A DNA stretch of 59,977 nucleotides from a virus (lineage: Duplodnaviria > Caudoviricetes). A model generated the notes under the pieces. It had not been told where the DNA came from and made no database searches. It was given only the letters and a program-made list of their open reading frames with translations. The position numbers and the translations under genes were made by a program. The stretch is from positions 1-59,977 of the IMG/VR virus record IMGVR_UViG_3300047281_000067; one strand, given 5' to 3'. Positions 20,809-29,601 of this stretch are shown piece after piece; the first letter of the stretch is position 1, and each line of letters begins with the position of its first letter.

Positions 20809-20886
20809 GCCCCTGTGGACAAATTGGCAAAGTCGCTTCTCTCAAAAGGAAGAGTTCTCTCGGTTCAAGTCCGAGCAGGGGTACCA
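20809..20886 (+). tRNA. tRNA-Leu(CAA) with short variable loop
   Basis: loop CTCAAAA, 78 nt, CCA. Confidence 0.85.
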
Positions 20887-20891
20887 AGTTT

Positions 20892-21011
20892 CCCGTCTTA
20901 GTGTAGTGGTTAGCACACGTATAAAGGTCATCCTGTCAAGGATGCAGTCAGCAATATACAACATTCCATTCTAAGGACGAAACGGTGGTTCGAATCCATC
21001 AGACGGGGCCA
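20892..21011 (+). ncRNA. tRNA body whose anticodon arm is replaced by a circularly permuted Y-like module
   Basis: acceptor cccgtct/agacggg+GCCA, normal D and T arms; insert catcct-gtca-aggatg-cagTCAGCAA at 20929-20954. Confidence 0.7.
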
Positions 21012-21079
21012 ATTACGGTAGTCGGAGTCATGACCCTTTGCGTTTTCATGAGATGCAAAGCGAGCTACCACCAACAAAT

Positions 21080-21171
21080 GGAGAGTAATGCAGCGGGGAT
21101 GGTCCTGCGACTGGCCTTGAAAACCAGGTTCTCAGAAATGGGATGGGGTTCGACTCCTCTGCTCTCCGCCA
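21080..21171 (+). tRNA. tRNA-Ser(UGA) with 8/4 acceptor/T-stem fold
   Basis: ggagagta/tgctctcc 8 bp, gggg/cctc 4 bp T stem, long variable arm, G73, CCA. Confidence 0.75.
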
Positions 21172-21573
21172 AAATATCCTTAAGTTAAGCGGGGCTGTAT
21201 ACACCCTTGCCAATGTTAGTAACGTACTATGCGATGAGTACCTTAAGGGCCAAGTTATGTCATAGTGTAATGAGAATGCACGGGAGGCCCACATAAGTCT
21301 TTTTAAGTAGAGCGGTGGAATAACTTTCAGGTACGGTAAAAACCCGTAACGACAAACAAGTTTTGAGATAGACGTAGGAGTCGAGTCGCAAGTAGCGGTG
21401 CAGCAAGAGAAGCACGTGTTTAACGTGAAAGATGCAAGACCTCCTCCATACGAGACAAACTACTGAGTCCACTAACAAGGATAGGTAGCCTCTCAAAAAC
21501 CTACCACAAGAAGCATATCAAATTTGATTGATGCGTGAGATATTGATAAATAGATCATACAAAGGAAAATATC

Positions 21574-21876
21574 ATGACAACCCCAACCCCAACCCCAAAC
21601 TCAAACTCAAACCCAATGACAAAAACTACCACAATCACTTGGGGCTCGATAGCTGATCAGGAACATATTGGTATCGAACAAGCCAGGGATATAAAACTGA
21701 TAGAAATGTCAAAACTCGGCAAAACTGATGGCACCGCACTCAACATCAGCCCTGAATGTACACGCCGGTATTGGGCTGATTTGGCATCTGCTGAAGAATA
21801 TGCTACATTTATCAATGAAATCTCGCTATCCTTTAATATTGCACCTGCTTCGATTGTAATTGACGACATTGTATAA
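21574..21876 (+). CDS. hypothetical protein
   Basis: AAGGA RBS, 100 aa, low-complexity PT/NS N-terminus. Confidence 0.65.
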   Translation: MTTPTPTPNSNSNPMTKTTTITWGSIADQEHIGIEQARDIKLIEMSKLGKTDGTALNISPECTRRYWADLASAEEYATFINEISLSFNIAPASIVIDDIV

Positions 21877-21917
21877 CTCACTAGTTATATACATAGCATT
21901 AGATTGATAAAAAGTAA

Positions 21918-23351
21918 GTGGCAAATTTAATTTTATGGAACACATTAAATCACAATGTATTTTTAGTTAGACCAGTCGGTGCCCATCAAATTGCACAATG
22001 GTTGATAAAACACGGATACACGGTAAAGGTAATTGATTTTTGTAGTTCTATTTCTACTGATGATTTAGTTGAGATAACACGAAAATTTATTGATAACTCT
22101 ACTATTGCGGTGGGAGTTAGTTCTACATTTTGGAACCTGTTTGACCCGATTACAATAACATCTAGTTCTAGATATCCACAGGGTAATAAATTCACAGCAA
22201 TCGATCCAGACTGGGTTAACTCAGGTAGACGAAAAATTGAAAGCTTATATCCTGAATTAAAATGGTTATTGGGAGGGGCATCCTCACAAGCTATCAGTAT
22301 GCATGATTGGATAAAATTTCACGGTCATGCTGAGGATTCAATATTAAAATTTTTAGATGAAAAAAGTGGCAAAAATATCGCTAGGACACCATTTACAATA
22401 CAATCCATGGAGTGGTCATACGGTGAGGGATTAGGTATACTCCCTCATGAAGTATTGGGTATTGAACTTGGTCGCGGATGTCAATTTAAATGTGGATTTT
22501 GTAGATATCCTCTATTGGGTAAAAAGAAAAATTCTTATTTACGAAATTTTAACTTAGTCAAGCACGAATTAATCCAGAATTATGAAAAATTTGGTGTTAC
22601 ACGCTATTCATATTTAGACGATACAGTGAATGAAAGCTCTGAGAAAATAGAAATTATGGCTGATATCGCGCAGTCACTCCCGTTTAAATTAGAATGGGTA
22701 GGGTATGGTAGATTAGATTTAATTGGTTCAAATCGTCCATCGATACAAACTCTTAAAGATTCGGGGCTTCGTAGTATGTTTTTTGGTATAGAGACATTCC
22801 ACCCAACCGCAAGTAAAGCAATTGGAAAAGCTTGGAATGGTAAACACGGTAAAGAATTTTTGCTCGAACTCAAGGAAATATGGGGTAAAGAAATCAACTT
22901 TCATACTAACTTCATAGTTGGGCTCCCGGGCGAATCAGAAATTGATATAGATAATACAATTCAATGGTGTATTGATAATGATATCCCATCATGGAAGTTT
23001 GGCGCATTAAATATTTCAATTAGACAAGATTTACTGTTTAAGAGTGTATTTGATGAAAACTACGCAGAGTATGGGTATAAATTCACCAATCCATTGGATG
23101 ATTCTTATTGGGAAAATGAATACTGGAATGCTCAGACAGCAGTGGATAAGCAACTATCTGTTTCTCGTCAAAATAAGAATAGTCGCCCATCAGATTTCGC
23201 TTTAGCGAGTCTCGCTGGTCTTGGTTATTCAATAGATGAACTCATTAATACACCTCAGCACTCACTGCCATACGGTGATATGTTTAATAAGCGACAATCA
23301 CACATAGACCAATACGTTCATTATCAAAAAAATATTGCTAATGCGTACTAA
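21918..23351 (+). CDS. B12-binding radical SAM protein (class B-like)
   Basis: ELGRGCQFKCGFC CxxxCxxC, FGIET, FIVGLPGE; N-terminal Rossmann-like domain. Confidence 0.88.
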   Translation: MANLILWNTLNHNVFLVRPVGAHQIAQWLIKHGYTVKVIDFCSSISTDDLVEITRKFIDNSTIAVGVSSTFWNLFDPITITSSSRYPQGNKFTAIDPDWVNSGRRKIESLYPELKWLLGGASSQAISMHDWIKFHGHAEDSILKFLDEKSGKNIARTPFTIQSMEWSYGEGLGILPHEVLGIELGRGCQFKCGFCRYPLLGKKKNSYLRNFNLVKHELIQNYEKFGVTRYSYLDDTVNESSEKIEIMADIAQSLPFKLEWVGYGRLDLIGSNRPSIQTLKDSGLRSMFFGIETFHPTASKAIGKAWNGKHGKEFLLELKEIWGKEINFHTNFIVGLPGESEIDIDNTIQWCIDNDIPSWKFGALNISIRQDLLFKSVFDENYAEYGYKFTNPLDDSYWENEYWNAQTAVDKQLSVSRQNKNSRPSDFALASLAGLGYSIDELINTPQHSLPYGDMFNKRQSHIDQYVHYQKNIANAY

Positions 23352-23379
23352 GTCCTAGACAATTGAAAAAGTTAATAAC

Positions 23380-23454
23380 GGGTCTTTGGTGCAACGGATA
23401 GCATACGAGTCTTCGAAACTCATGACGCAAGTTCGATTCTTGCAGGACCCACCA
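23380..23454 (+). tRNA. tRNA-Arg(UCG)
   Basis: loop CTTCGAA, CCA. Confidence 0.9.
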
Positions 23455-23497
23455 AAACAATAGTTAAATACATATAACATAACCGCAGGAGAAAATC

Positions 23498-24058
23498 ATG
23501 TCCGTATTAGCACTAGATATCACAGGAGTTCCCAGACAGTGGATCTCTACTGATGACGCAATTACCTATCACGCAAAAAATGCAGTAGCATGGGCGCTAG
23601 GTGATATTGTGGCTAAATATCGTGGTGGTATACAAGAAGATGGTACACAGAGTTATCTGGAAACAACTAGTATTATTGCCATTAAAGGACACGGGTTCAA
23701 TCCGCACAAGCACGGCAAAGTGGTGCTGACTAACAAGACATTGTTTGGTCGCGATAGAAACGTATGTGCGTACTGCGGTAAACTATTTGCTAATCACTAT
23801 CATTTGTCTCGTGATCATATTCACCCTAAATTTAAAGGTGGAGAAAATACCTGGATGAATGTAGTTACATCTTGTAAAAGTTGTAACAGTGAAAAGGGAC
23901 ACAAGACGCTGAAAGAATTCGGCAAGGAACTGTTATATGCTCCGTATGTTCCCTCTCATTATGAAAATATGATTCTTCAACACAGGAACATTCTAGCTGA
24001 CCAAATGGAATATTTGTTATCAGGTGTTCCGAAAAATTCTAGAATCTGGTTAAATTAA
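23498..24058 (+). CDS. HNH endonuclease
   Basis: RDRNVCAYCG, SRDHIHP..GG, NVVTSCKSCNSEK. Confidence 0.9.
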   Translation: MSVLALDITGVPRQWISTDDAITYHAKNAVAWALGDIVAKYRGGIQEDGTQSYLETTSIIAIKGHGFNPHKHGKVVLTNKTLFGRDRNVCAYCGKLFANHYHLSRDHIHPKFKGGENTWMNVVTSCKSCNSEKGHKTLKEFGKELLYAPYVPSHYENMILQHRNILADQMEYLLSGVPKNSRIWLN

Positions 24059-24121
24059 ATTTCAATCATATTTACAAATGATAAATAACTATAGCAGCAA
24101 ATAACAACGCTGCTACCAATC

Positions 24122-24196
24122 GCCCGATTGGCTCAGGGGTAGAGCAACCGCCTTGTAAGCGGTAGGTCGTCTGTTCGAATCAGACATTGGGCACCA
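24122..24196 (+). tRNA. tRNA-Thr(UGU)
   Basis: loop CTTGTAA, CCA. Confidence 0.93.
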
Positions 24197-24203
24197 AATT
24201 TAT

Positions 24204-24278
24204 TCCCTAATAGCTCAGTGGTAGAGTAGTTGACTGTTAATCAATTGGTCCGTGGTTCGAGCCCACGTTGGGGAGCCA
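24204..24278 (+). tRNA. tRNA-Asn(GUU)
   Basis: loop CTGTTAA, GCCA. Confidence 0.95.
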
Positions 24279-24321
24279 AATATCTTAGTCAGCAATCGAA
24301 TATTATACACATAATACTATA

Positions 24322-25101
24322 ATGGATTCCGAATACACTATCAAAGAACTGTCTTACTTAAAAGCGAATCGATTATTGCCGCAAGTTCATAATACCCCCA
24401 GCCGGGTAGAAAAATTTTCGGGATATGATTCAGCTGGGTTATTTTCTGATAATTTACAAAAGCAAGATGCTTTGTGGAGATATAGGACCAAAGAAGTTAC
24501 TTATGTATTAAACGATCAATCATATCGTGCCCCGGAATGGAATTCTATTGATTGGAAAAATTCAGCGGTGATATTAGGTTGCTCTAATGTATTTGGGGTT
24601 GGATTAGCAGAAGATGAAACTATCAGTTATCAGTTATCATTATTGCTGAATCGGCCGGTTATCAATTTAGGTGTTGGTAGCTCCGGGATGTCTTTTGCAA
24701 TGCAAAATTCAGTTTTACTTAATAAAAACTTTCCTACTCCATGGGCTGTTATCAACATATGGTCGGATCCATTTCGCATTCATGAATTCATTGACAACAG
24801 ACTTATTTCACATTATACTGCTATGAGTTCTATATCAGGGAATTCTAACTTTAGTAAAAGTTGGGGTTCCTCAGAAATAAATCCAGAAATGTACAGTTAT
24901 TTTGCGTGTAAGGCTACTGAAGCAATTTGGTCATCAAAAACTAAATACTTGTCATACTCACATTGGGCTCCCCTAGACAGTAGTTCAATTAAAAGACTGC
25001 CCTTTATCCCCGGAGATTTGGCCCGAGATTTGGCTCACCCAGGATCAAAAATGGCTGTTGCGGTTGCAGAAGTCTTAGCTACAGCCCTAACAAAGACTTG
25101 A
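24322..25101 (+). CDS. SGNH-hydrolase-like protein
   Basis: LGCSNVFGVG, INLGVGSSG, C-terminal ARDLAHPG (DxxHP). Confidence 0.65.
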   Translation: MDSEYTIKELSYLKANRLLPQVHNTPSRVEKFSGYDSAGLFSDNLQKQDALWRYRTKEVTYVLNDQSYRAPEWNSIDWKNSAVILGCSNVFGVGLAEDETISYQLSLLLNRPVINLGVGSSGMSFAMQNSVLLNKNFPTPWAVINIWSDPFRIHEFIDNRLISHYTAMSSISGNSNFSKSWGSSEINPEMYSYFACKATEAIWSSKTKYLSYSHWAPLDSSSIKRLPFIPGDLARDLAHPGSKMAVAVAEVLATALTKT

Positions 25102-25455
25102 CATTAAATCGTTTCTTTGTTATAATAGATACAAGAAACAAAATTCTGGCGTTCGTATAATGGATAATACAGGGGATTTCTACTCCCTAAATAGCAGTTC
25201 GATTCTGTTACGCCGGACCAAATTAAAACACATTGTCCTAGGCTGTGACCTAGTCCATCAGAAGTCCAAAGAGACAGAAGCAGTGTGTTTTAATTTGGTT
25301 CTGTTGTTTAAATACAACGAGAAAAGAGTTGACATTAAAGCACAATGGTGCTATAATAGATACTTAGATTGATAGAAGACTTCTTTCAACAGGCTCTTAA
25401 AAGTTTGAAGAAAGTTAAAAAAGAAGTTGACAATTAATCAAAACGGTGTTATAAT
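25098..25455 (+). promoter_or_regulatory. three sigma70 promoters (-35 at 25098, 25329, 25427) with boxA-like elements downstream
   Basis: TTGACA-17-TATAAT three times; gctcttaaaa (~25393) and gttcattaaaaa (~25494). Confidence 0.8.
25146..25220 (+). tRNA. tRNA-Arg(UCU)
   Basis: loop TTTCTAC, CCA overlapping a conserved hairpin. Confidence 0.85.
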
Positions 25456-25875
25456 AGACACATAGCAACAAACGATAGAGTTAGTTGCGTAAAGTTCATT
25501 AAAAATTTACAAGTATAGATTTCTTGCTGAGACAACACTAAACGATTATGTAAAGTGATAACAGTCCGCAATGCTGTGAAGCAAAGCGTAGCGAGAAGTT
25601 ATATTAAAACATATTGTATCACAGGATCGTGCATTGGTAGTTCAAGCAGGGGAAATGATGTAGTGTGTTTCAATATAACAAAGAAGTTATAGTAAAACAT
25701 ACTACACCGTGGGGGCTACGAACCACATAAAATAAATAAGTAGGAAAAGTAGTATGTTTTACTATAAGTTATATTTCAGTATATTACTTGCCTGAGCGTA
25801 AAACTCGTGGTAAACTACAAAAGACAGAGGGTTCGAATCCCTGGGACTGGTAGTGTATTGAAATATAACACATAT

Positions 25876-25950
25876 GTACATGAGCCCGAAGATTGAGGGT
25901 GCTGACTGAAACTCAGTGAAAGGCGATTGAAATGATACCCATGTACGCCG
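25876..25950 (+). pseudogene. degenerate tRNA-Phe(GAA)-like element
   Basis: gtacatg/catgtac acceptor, gctga-CTGAAAC-tcagt arm; T arm degenerate; ends GCCG. Confidence 0.45.
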
Positions 25951-25955
25951 AATAT

Positions 25956-26040
25956 GGAGATGAAGCATCAATGGTGATGCAGTGGACTGTAAATCCGCCG
26001 CTTAACAGCACGCTTGGTTCGATCCCAAGAATCTCCACCA
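25956..26040 (+). tRNA. tRNA-Tyr(GUA)
   Basis: loop CTGTAAA, long variable arm, CCA. Confidence 0.9.
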
Positions 26041-26182
26041 AGAGCAGCGATGGGTTACATCATCAGTATGAGCAGCAAGGTACCTAGGTAAATCCTTGGG
26101 CGAGCAATAGTACAAACACAATGTAACAGGCGATAGTGATCTATCATGGGCGGAGTCCTCAAAACGCTGTCCACCAAATTTC

Positions 26183-26257
26183 GACGCATTCGTCTAATGG
26201 TTAGGACACCAGGTTTTCATCCTGGGAACAGCGGTTCAATTCCGCTATGCGTTACCA
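26183..26257 (+). tRNA. tRNA-Glu(UUC)
   Basis: loop TTTTCAT, CCA. Confidence 0.92.
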
Positions 26258-26259
26258 AG

Positions 26260-26920
26260 TTTAGTAGTCGGTCAGAAGGCTGATAATTTATGAGTTGAAG
26301 CTCATAAGCTACTTTTTTATTTCGGAGACTGAAACTTATTTTGGTGCAGCGGTTGCTGGAGGCGGCCTGTCTGTTCGAGGATAAGCGGATAAAGTGGACG
26401 GCATATAGGTAAGTGACTAGGCGAGGACGGTAACAGTCCTTTGCGCTGAAACCGACCGCCCGTATGTAGGCTGTCTCCATCTTTTACTAAGACAATACTG
26501 AGTAAGATGAGTATCAAGAATCAAGTGGAAAGCAAGAGCCACAAAGTAAACGCTAGTCATCCTGGTTCCTCGGTGACACAATGCAGTGATACACAGCAGA
26601 AAAAAAGCGGGGTAAGAGTCCCCACGTAGAGGATGCCACTAATACTAAGACAATACTGAGTAAGATGAGTAGATGGATACGAGCCGTAGGCGACTGCGGT
26701 CATCACAGCAATGTGACAAACGATAAGCAAAGTCGGTCCAGTAGGGGTATGAAAAGTATTGTTGGCGGTGATGTTGCTGAAGGACAGAAGCTTATGACTC
26801 CACGACACTCTGTGGTGATCACAGGCGCCGTGTAATCCTTCCCTAATTTTGCGGTAGCCCCGCAGACGACTCAGTACTTGGTCGTAACATCATGTACCCA
26901 TTAGGTGAGAAGCCTATCAT
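26260..26920 (+). ncRNA. candidate large structured ncRNA (unidentified)
   Basis: ~660 nt GC-elevated gap between tRNAs with no credible ORF; 29 nt direct repeat at 26485-26513 and 26643-26671. Confidence 0.45.
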
Positions 26921-26925
26921 TATTT

Positions 26926-27000
26926 GGGGGATTGGCGTAATTGGTAACGCAGTAGCTTTGCAAGCTTCAGTCAAGAGTTCGAATCTCTTATCCTCCACCA
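26926..27000 (+). tRNA. tRNA-Ala(UGC)
   Basis: G3-U70, loop TTTGCAA, CCA. Confidence 0.92.
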
Positions 27001-27006
27001 GAACAT

Positions 27007-27081
27007 ACTCAGTTCGACTATCGGTTAGGTCAGGATACTTTCAATTTCCAGAGAGGGGTTCGACTCCCCTACTGAGTACCA
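27007..27081 (+). tRNA. tRNA-Glu(UUC)
   Basis: loop CTTTCAA, CCA. Confidence 0.88.
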
Positions 27082-27089
27082 AGAATTTA

Positions 27090-27164
27090 GCGGCATTCAT
27101 ATAACGGTCATTATCTCGGATTGTCTATCCGAAGACGGGAGTTCGACTCTCCCATGTCGCGCCA
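27090..27164 (+). tRNA. tRNA-Asp(GUC)
   Basis: loop TTGTCTA, GCCA. Confidence 0.88.
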
Positions 27165-27171
27165 AGTTTAT

Positions 27172-27249
27172 CTGTGTGTGAGAAAGTCCGGTTAATCTAC
27201 TCGCCTTGGAAGTGAGAAATCGTAGGTTCGAATCCTACTACACAGACCA
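27172..27249 (+). tRNA. tRNA-Pro(UGG)
   Basis: loop CTTGGAA, CCA. Confidence 0.87.
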
Positions 27250-27254
27250 TATAT

Positions 27255-27329
27255 GCCGTAGTAGTCCTCGGGGAGGGCAACTGATTGTCTATCAGTACCA
27301 GGCGAGTTCGAGTCTCGTCTACGGCGCCA
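27255..27329 (+). tRNA. tRNA-Asp(GUC)
   Basis: loop TTGTCTA, GCCA. Confidence 0.87.
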
Positions 27330-27336
27330 AGTTTAT

Positions 27337-27412
27337 TCCTCAGTAGCTCAGTTGGTAGAGTACAGCACTGTTAATGCTGGTGTCAGTGGTTCGAGCCCAC
27401 TCTGAGGAGCCA
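27337..27412 (+). tRNA. tRNA-Asn(GUU)
   Basis: loop CTGTTAA, GCCA. Confidence 0.94.
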
Positions 27413-27480
27413 AGTTAAGTTGTTATAGTGAGTCGCTATGCGATAAACTTTAAGTAGAGATTATAACAACTCATTAGTTT

Positions 27481-27539
27481 TAGGATGCGTTCAGCAAATA
27501 AAAAAATTCAACTTTTAATTGAAAAATAAGCATCCTGTT
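27481..27539 (+). ncRNA. Y-like RNA copy 3 with Lys(UUU) anticodon stem-loop
   Basis: aggatgc/gcatcct helix + GTTCAGCAA; ttcaa-CTTTTAA-ttgaa. Confidence 0.72.
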
Positions 27540-27546
27540 GTATTAA

Positions 27547-27620
27547 GTCTCTCTGGTGTAATGGCAGCACCGCGGTCTCCAAAACCGTCAGTCTAGGTTC
27601 GAATCCTAGGGGGGGCGCCA
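27547..27620 (+). tRNA. tRNA-Trp(CCA)
   Basis: loop CTCCAAA, GCCA. Confidence 0.92.
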
Positions 27621-27677
27621 AGTATAAAAATAAAGAGTAAGTATACATGTACTAAATATGTGTATAGCAAAGAGTTT

Positions 27678-27754
27678 GCCCCTATAGCACAATTGGTTGG
27701 TGCGTTCGACTCATAATCGAGAGGCTACTGGTTCAAGTCCAGTTGGGGGCACCA
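27678..27754 (+). tRNA. tRNA-CAU (Ile2 or Met)
   Basis: loop CTCATAA, CCA. Confidence 0.9.
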
Positions 27755-27760
27755 AGTTAA

Positions 27761-27834
27761 GCGGGATTCGTAAAATGGCATTACCTTAGATTTCCAATCT
27801 AAAGTCAACAGTTCGATTCTGTTATCCCGCTCCA
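27761..27834 (+). tRNA. tRNA-Gly(UCC)
   Basis: loop TTTCCAA, U73, CCA. Confidence 0.9.
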
Positions 27835-27907
27835 GAGTTAAGATGTTACCCATTTGGGTTGATGTCAATGAATAAAAGTAGTATAATAACTACTAGTTAG
27901 AAACAAT

Positions 27908-27991
27908 GCGAGAGTGGTGGAACGGTATACACAGCAGACTTAAAATCTGCCGCCTAACAGCTTGCGGGTTCGAATCCCGCCTCTCGCACCA
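27908..27991 (+). tRNA. tRNA-Leu(UAA)
   Basis: loop CTTAAAA, long variable arm, CCA. Confidence 0.95.
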
Positions 27992-27997
27992 AGAATC

Positions 27998-28089
27998 GGA
28001 AGCGTGGCCGAGTGGCCGAAGGCAACTCCTTGCTAAGGAGTCGACCCCTTTAAACGGGTCCGTGAGTTCGAATCTCACCGCTTCCTCCA
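27998..28089 (+). tRNA. tRNA-Ser(GCU)
   Basis: loop TTGCTAA, long variable arm, CCA. Confidence 0.93.
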
Positions 28090-28121
28090 AACACTCACAA
28101 TCATTAACACAAGGAAACACA

Positions 28122-28286
28122 ATGAAACCCACAAAGACTTTCAAACTGACAAAACGTACAAAGACAATCATGGCTCTAATTGGCTTTGCCGATCAAAGCC
28201 AGCGCAATGCGTTCAAGAATATGATGGTTCAAGCGCAGTTGGCCAGTGAAGTACGACCAGCAAAAGATAAGTCAGATCGTAAGTAA
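28122..28286 (+). CDS. small basic hypothetical protein
   Basis: AAGGA RBS; MKPTKTFKLTKRTKT...; the longer track ORF runs through tRNAs. Confidence 0.65.
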   Translation: MKPTKTFKLTKRTKTIMALIGFADQSQRNAFKNMMVQAQLASEVRPAKDKSDRK

Positions 28287-28292
28287 ATAAAT

Positions 28293-28368
28293 GTACGTGT
28301 GTCCTGAATGGTTAGGGAGCGGATTGCAAATCCGTATTATGCAGGTTCGAGTCCTGTCACGTACTCCA
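28293..28368 (+). tRNA. tRNA-Cys(GCA)
   Basis: loop TTGCAAA, U73, CCA. Confidence 0.92.
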
Positions 28369-28375
28369 AATAAAC

Positions 28376-28451
28376 ACCAAGATAGCTCAGATGGTAGAGC
28401 AGTGGCCTGAAAAGTCATGTGTCGCAGGTTCGATCCCTGCTCTCGGTACCA
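28376..28451 (+). tRNA. tRNA-Phe(GAA)
   Basis: loop CTGAAAA, CCA. Confidence 0.93.
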
Positions 28452-28456
28452 AATAA

Positions 28457-28530
28457 GCCCTGTTAGTTAAGTGGTAGAACACGTGTTTTGTAATCACGGG
28501 ATGGCAGTTCGATTCTGTCACGGGGCACCA
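28457..28530 (+). tRNA. tRNA-Thr(UGU)
   Basis: loop TTTGTAA, CCA. Confidence 0.87.
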
Positions 28531-28727
28531 AGTTTTGAGAACCTGTAGCTTACTGCCTAGAGTAGTAAGTAACCGAAAGGGTAAGATAGAGCTATGTTAG
28601 ATACATAGGCAGGAATCTCGATTAAGTTTAGTAAGACACGCGGGTTGACCACAACGACACGCATCAAGGTAAGGTGTCTGAAGTGTAAGTAGCAGGTTTG
28701 GTCATGCTTACATACGAAAAAGTTTTT

Positions 28728-28801
28728 CTCGGTATAGTGAAATGGTATCACTCGACGTTTGGGACGTTGGAGCGTAGGTTCGATTCCTGCTACCGAGACC
28801 A
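28728..28801 (+). tRNA. tRNA-Pro(UGG)
   Basis: loop TTTGGGA, CCA overlapping a conserved hairpin. Confidence 0.9.
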
Positions 28802-29402
28802 TATTAAAACACACTAGTTCTTAGGGTTGTTCCGAAGATAATTATCTCCAATGGAGTCCTAGTATGTTTTAATATGGTAAATGTAGGCACCAACCTACTG
28901 CTAGGGTACGTCCCCGGTTTAATCTTTCTGAGCGATAAAGTAGCCGCTGTAAGCAATACACCTTCTCCGCACGAAATGGATGGTTACCATGGAAGGCGAA
29001 CGACTGAAAAAGAGAAAAAGCGAAAGAAAGTCAGAGATTGGTACTGACACCATATTGAAGTACATTGTGGAGAGCACTGTGTAGACTGAGAAGGTTTGAT
29101 TCCGACTCACTACATCACTCGGTATCCTGCGGCCGCAACAGTGTATTTCAATATGGTAATAACCAACAAGTTTTGTAAGTGTTAGCAAGAGAAAGTCACG
29201 CTATGTACTATTCTTCGAAGGTGGTACAGAAGTAAAAGGTCAAGTGGGTTCAACTCCCAGCCGCGCTCTTAAAGTGAAAGCGGCGCAGATTGGTTGCCGG
29301 TGCTGGACAAAGTATTCCAAGTAACATACCGCTCCCGTCCGGACTAGTTAAATCGGGAGAAGCGTTGAGATACAAGCGGCTCAACTACTTACAGATTCAA
29401 TT

Positions 29403-29463
29403 TAGGATGCCTACTGCAAACATAAAACTTTCACTGTAAATGAAAAAAATGTGCATCCTGTTA
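29403..29463 (+). ncRNA. Y-like RNA copy 4 with Tyr(GUA) anticodon stem-loop
   Basis: aggatgc/gcatcct helix + CTGCAA; tttca-CTGTAAA-tgaaa. Confidence 0.72.
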
Positions 29464-29475
29464 TATTATCGGTTT

Positions 29476-29596
29476 TAGGATACATTCAGCAACACTTAAT
29501 ATCAAGCAGTATGTCAGTGGTTCGAATCCACTCCGAGGCGAAAGCTAAGGTAGCTCAGTTGGTAGAGCAACAGCCAATAAAAAGCGTATCCTGTTA
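29476..29596 (+). ncRNA. Y-like RNA copy 5, YrlA-type permuted tRNA mimic
   Basis: aggatac/gtatcct helix + TTCAGCAA; T arm agtggTTCGAATccact, then GAAA-capped acceptor-like stem, then D arm tagctcagttggtagagc. Confidence 0.8.
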
Positions 29597-29601
29597 TATA
29601 A

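Noticed and set aside
21080-21171. tRNA-Sec or opal suppressor
   Set aside because: The anticodon reads UGA (Ser), not UCA; the D stem is 4 bp
26260-26920. RNase P RNA or tmRNA
   Set aside because: Only partial resemblance (acagaagcttat); no GAGGAAAGUCC P4 motif and no tmRNA termini or tag frame recognised
19832-29463. Short Y-like copies as simple intrinsic terminators
   Set aside because: The helix encloses 40 or more nt, lacks a U tract and keeps an unpaired C(A/U)GCAA motif plus anticodon-like loops
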